64,000 nucleotides of DNA from Gemmatimonadales bacterium (GTDB taxonomy: Bacteria; Gemmatimonadota; Gemmatimonadetes; Gemmatimonadales; GWC2-71-9): contig DASZCN010000101.1 of the NCBI GenBank assembly GCA_035943095.1, positions 19,614 to 83,613 of the forward strand, read 5' to 3'. A model generated the notes under the pieces. That model saw nothing but the letters and a program-made list of their open reading frames with translations. It was not told where the DNA came from and made no database searches. Positions 62,924-64,000 of this stretch are shown here, one piece after another (positions within the stretch are counted from its first letter, which is position 1; each line of letters begins with the position of its first letter). The position numbers were made by a program, and so were the translations under genes.

Positions 62924-64000
62924 CTAGTCCACCGCTCGAAGCAATGCGCCCTTCAAGTATCCCGTCTCCGGTACGTTGATTAGCTCCGGGTGATCCCGGC
63001 CTGCGCCCACCACTCCGAGGAGCTGGAGCCGCCGGCCGGAATCGCGCGCCGCGTCGGCCAGCATCTCGAAGAAGGACGCCCGGCTCACGTGGTAGGAGCA
63101 GGAGCAGGTGAACAGGACCCCGCCGGGTGAGAGGATCCGCATGGCCCGGAGGTTGATCTCCTTGTAGCCGCCGAGCGCACGCGGAACGTTCTGCTTCGAT
63201 TTCGCGAAGGCGGGCGGGTCGAGCACCACCGTGTCGAAGGTATCCTCCCGGCTCTCGAGCTCCCGCAGCAAGTCAAACGCGTTGGCCTCTTGCCACGAGA
63301 TGTTCGTGAGCCCGTTCAGCGCGGCGTTCTCGCGTCCCCGAGCCAGGGCGTCGGCGCTCGAGTCGACCGCGAGCACCTCGCGGGCCCGCCGGGCGAGGTG
63401 GAGCGCGAACGAGCCGTGATACGTGAACAGATCGAGCGCCCGGCCCGGGCCGGTCTGCTCCCCGACGAGTACGCGGTTCTCACGCTGGTCGAGAAACGCA
63501 CCGGTCTTCTGGCCCGTCTGGGGGGCGGCGAGGTAGCGCACGGCGTGCTCCTCGACCGGCACGGTGTCCGGCACGGAGCCCCGCGCGGCGACGACCTCGA
63601 GCGGCAGTCCTTCGTGCCGGCGGACCGCCGAGTCGTTGCGGAGCAGAATGGCCTGGGGTGTGAGGGCGACCGTGATTCCGGCGAGCACGTCCTCCCGCGC
63701 CCGCTCGAGACCGGCGGAGAGCAGCTGCGCCACGACGTAGGGGCCGTAGCGATCGATCACGAGAGACGGCAGCCCGTCGCCCTCGGCATGGACGACGCGG
63801 TATGCCGTGGCGGGGACGCCGGCGCGTCGGGCCGCCGACGCGGCGATCCGCTGGGCCCACCAGGCGGCGTCGATCGGCTCGCGTCCACGCGTCAGGAGTC
63901 GCAGCCGGATCTCAGAGGCGGGGGAGTAGAGCGCCTGGCCCAGGTGGCGCCCCCGGCGCTCCGTGACGGAGACGATTCCCGGGCCATCACCAGGCTCGTC
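62924..64000 (-). CDS. rlmI: Class I SAM-dependent rRNA (cytosine-C5) methyltransferase, RlmI-like (N-terminus beyond window)
   Basis: QKTGAFLDQRENR..., ALDLFTYHGSFALHLA, VVLDPPAFAKS, LFTCSCSYHV. The frame stays open from 63760 to 64000 (...DEPGDGPGIVSVTERRGRHLGQALYSP...). Confidence 0.82.
   Translation of the reverse strand, partial: DEPGDGPGIVSVTERRGRHLGQALYSPASEIRLRLLTRGREPIDAAWWAQRIAASAARRAGVPATAYRVVHAEGDGLPSLVIDRYGPYVVAQLLSAGLERAREDVLAGITVALTPQAILLRNDSAVRRHEGLPLEVVAARGSVPDTVPVEEHAVRYLAAPQTGQKTGAFLDQRENRVLVGEQTGPGRALDLFTYHGSFALHLARRAREVLAVDSSADALARGRENAALNGLTNISWQEANAFDLLRELESREDTFDTVVLDPPAFAKSKQNVPRALGGYKEINLRAMRILSPGGVLFTCSCSYHVSRASFFEMLADAARDSGRRLQLLGVVGAGRDHPELINVPETGYLKGALLRAVD

Overview
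Very GC-rich, densely packed bacterial chromosomal segment. Third codon positions are strongly G/C, and there are many long Arg/Pro/Gly-rich shadow ORFs in wrong frames. I call about 60 genes. I saw no rRNA, tRNA, CRISPR array, transposase or integrase. Gene content in order:

- **Recombination block (minus strand):** queA (5' part), ruvB, a 60-aa zinc-ribbon ORF, ruvA, ruvC, yebC. It is followed by an N-terminally truncated DnaB paralogue.
- **Envelope-glycan/LPS-type cluster:** GT9 heptosyltransferase, an orphan PorX-like receiver-PglZ regulator, an MsbA-like exporter, GT2, GT-C, five GT4 enzymes and an FkbM methyltransferase.
- **Next genes:** a patatin-ferredoxin fusion, then an orphan DppC-like permease coupled to a class-V aminotransferase.
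- **Housekeeping and sugar genes:** tyrS, class A PBP, amidohydrolase, argR, and DUF1080/NupG/Gfo-Idh-MocA genes.
- **Envelope redox module:** CcdA and TlpA facing a peroxiredoxin whose catalytic Cys codon is an in-frame TGA.
- **Oxidoreductases:** Gfo/Idh/MocA, gluconate-DH subunit 3, GMC oxidoreductase.
- **Arginine genes:** argG-argH behind an ARG-box-like dyad.
- **Small genes:** HNH endonuclease plus a CYCXC-motif protein.
- **Overlap-coupled operon:** histidine kinase, sigma-54 activator, an Omp85 barrel with a bactofilin-like domain, DUF4390.
- **Further genes:** yjbQ, an ECF sigma/anti-sigma pair, acyl-CoA ligase, NYN-LOTUS-RGG protein, mpg, M19 dipeptidase, an OMP, kbl-tdh, SDR, a Cys-type formate dehydrogenase alpha subunit, a CDF transporter and rlmI (partial).

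Strongest leads:

1. A predicted selenocysteine peroxiredoxin with a SECIS-like hairpin.
2. A translationally coupled zinc-ribbon micro-gene inside ruvA-ruvB.
3. The kinase/sigma-54/Omp85-bactofilin/DUF4390 operon.
4. The NYN-LOTUS protein with a long RGG-type tail.
5. Several long intergenic hairpins built from short oligopurine or heptamer repeats.

The phylum cannot be established from this window. Composition and gene content suggest a Gemmatimonadota- or Acidobacteriota-like soil bacterium, but this is inference only.
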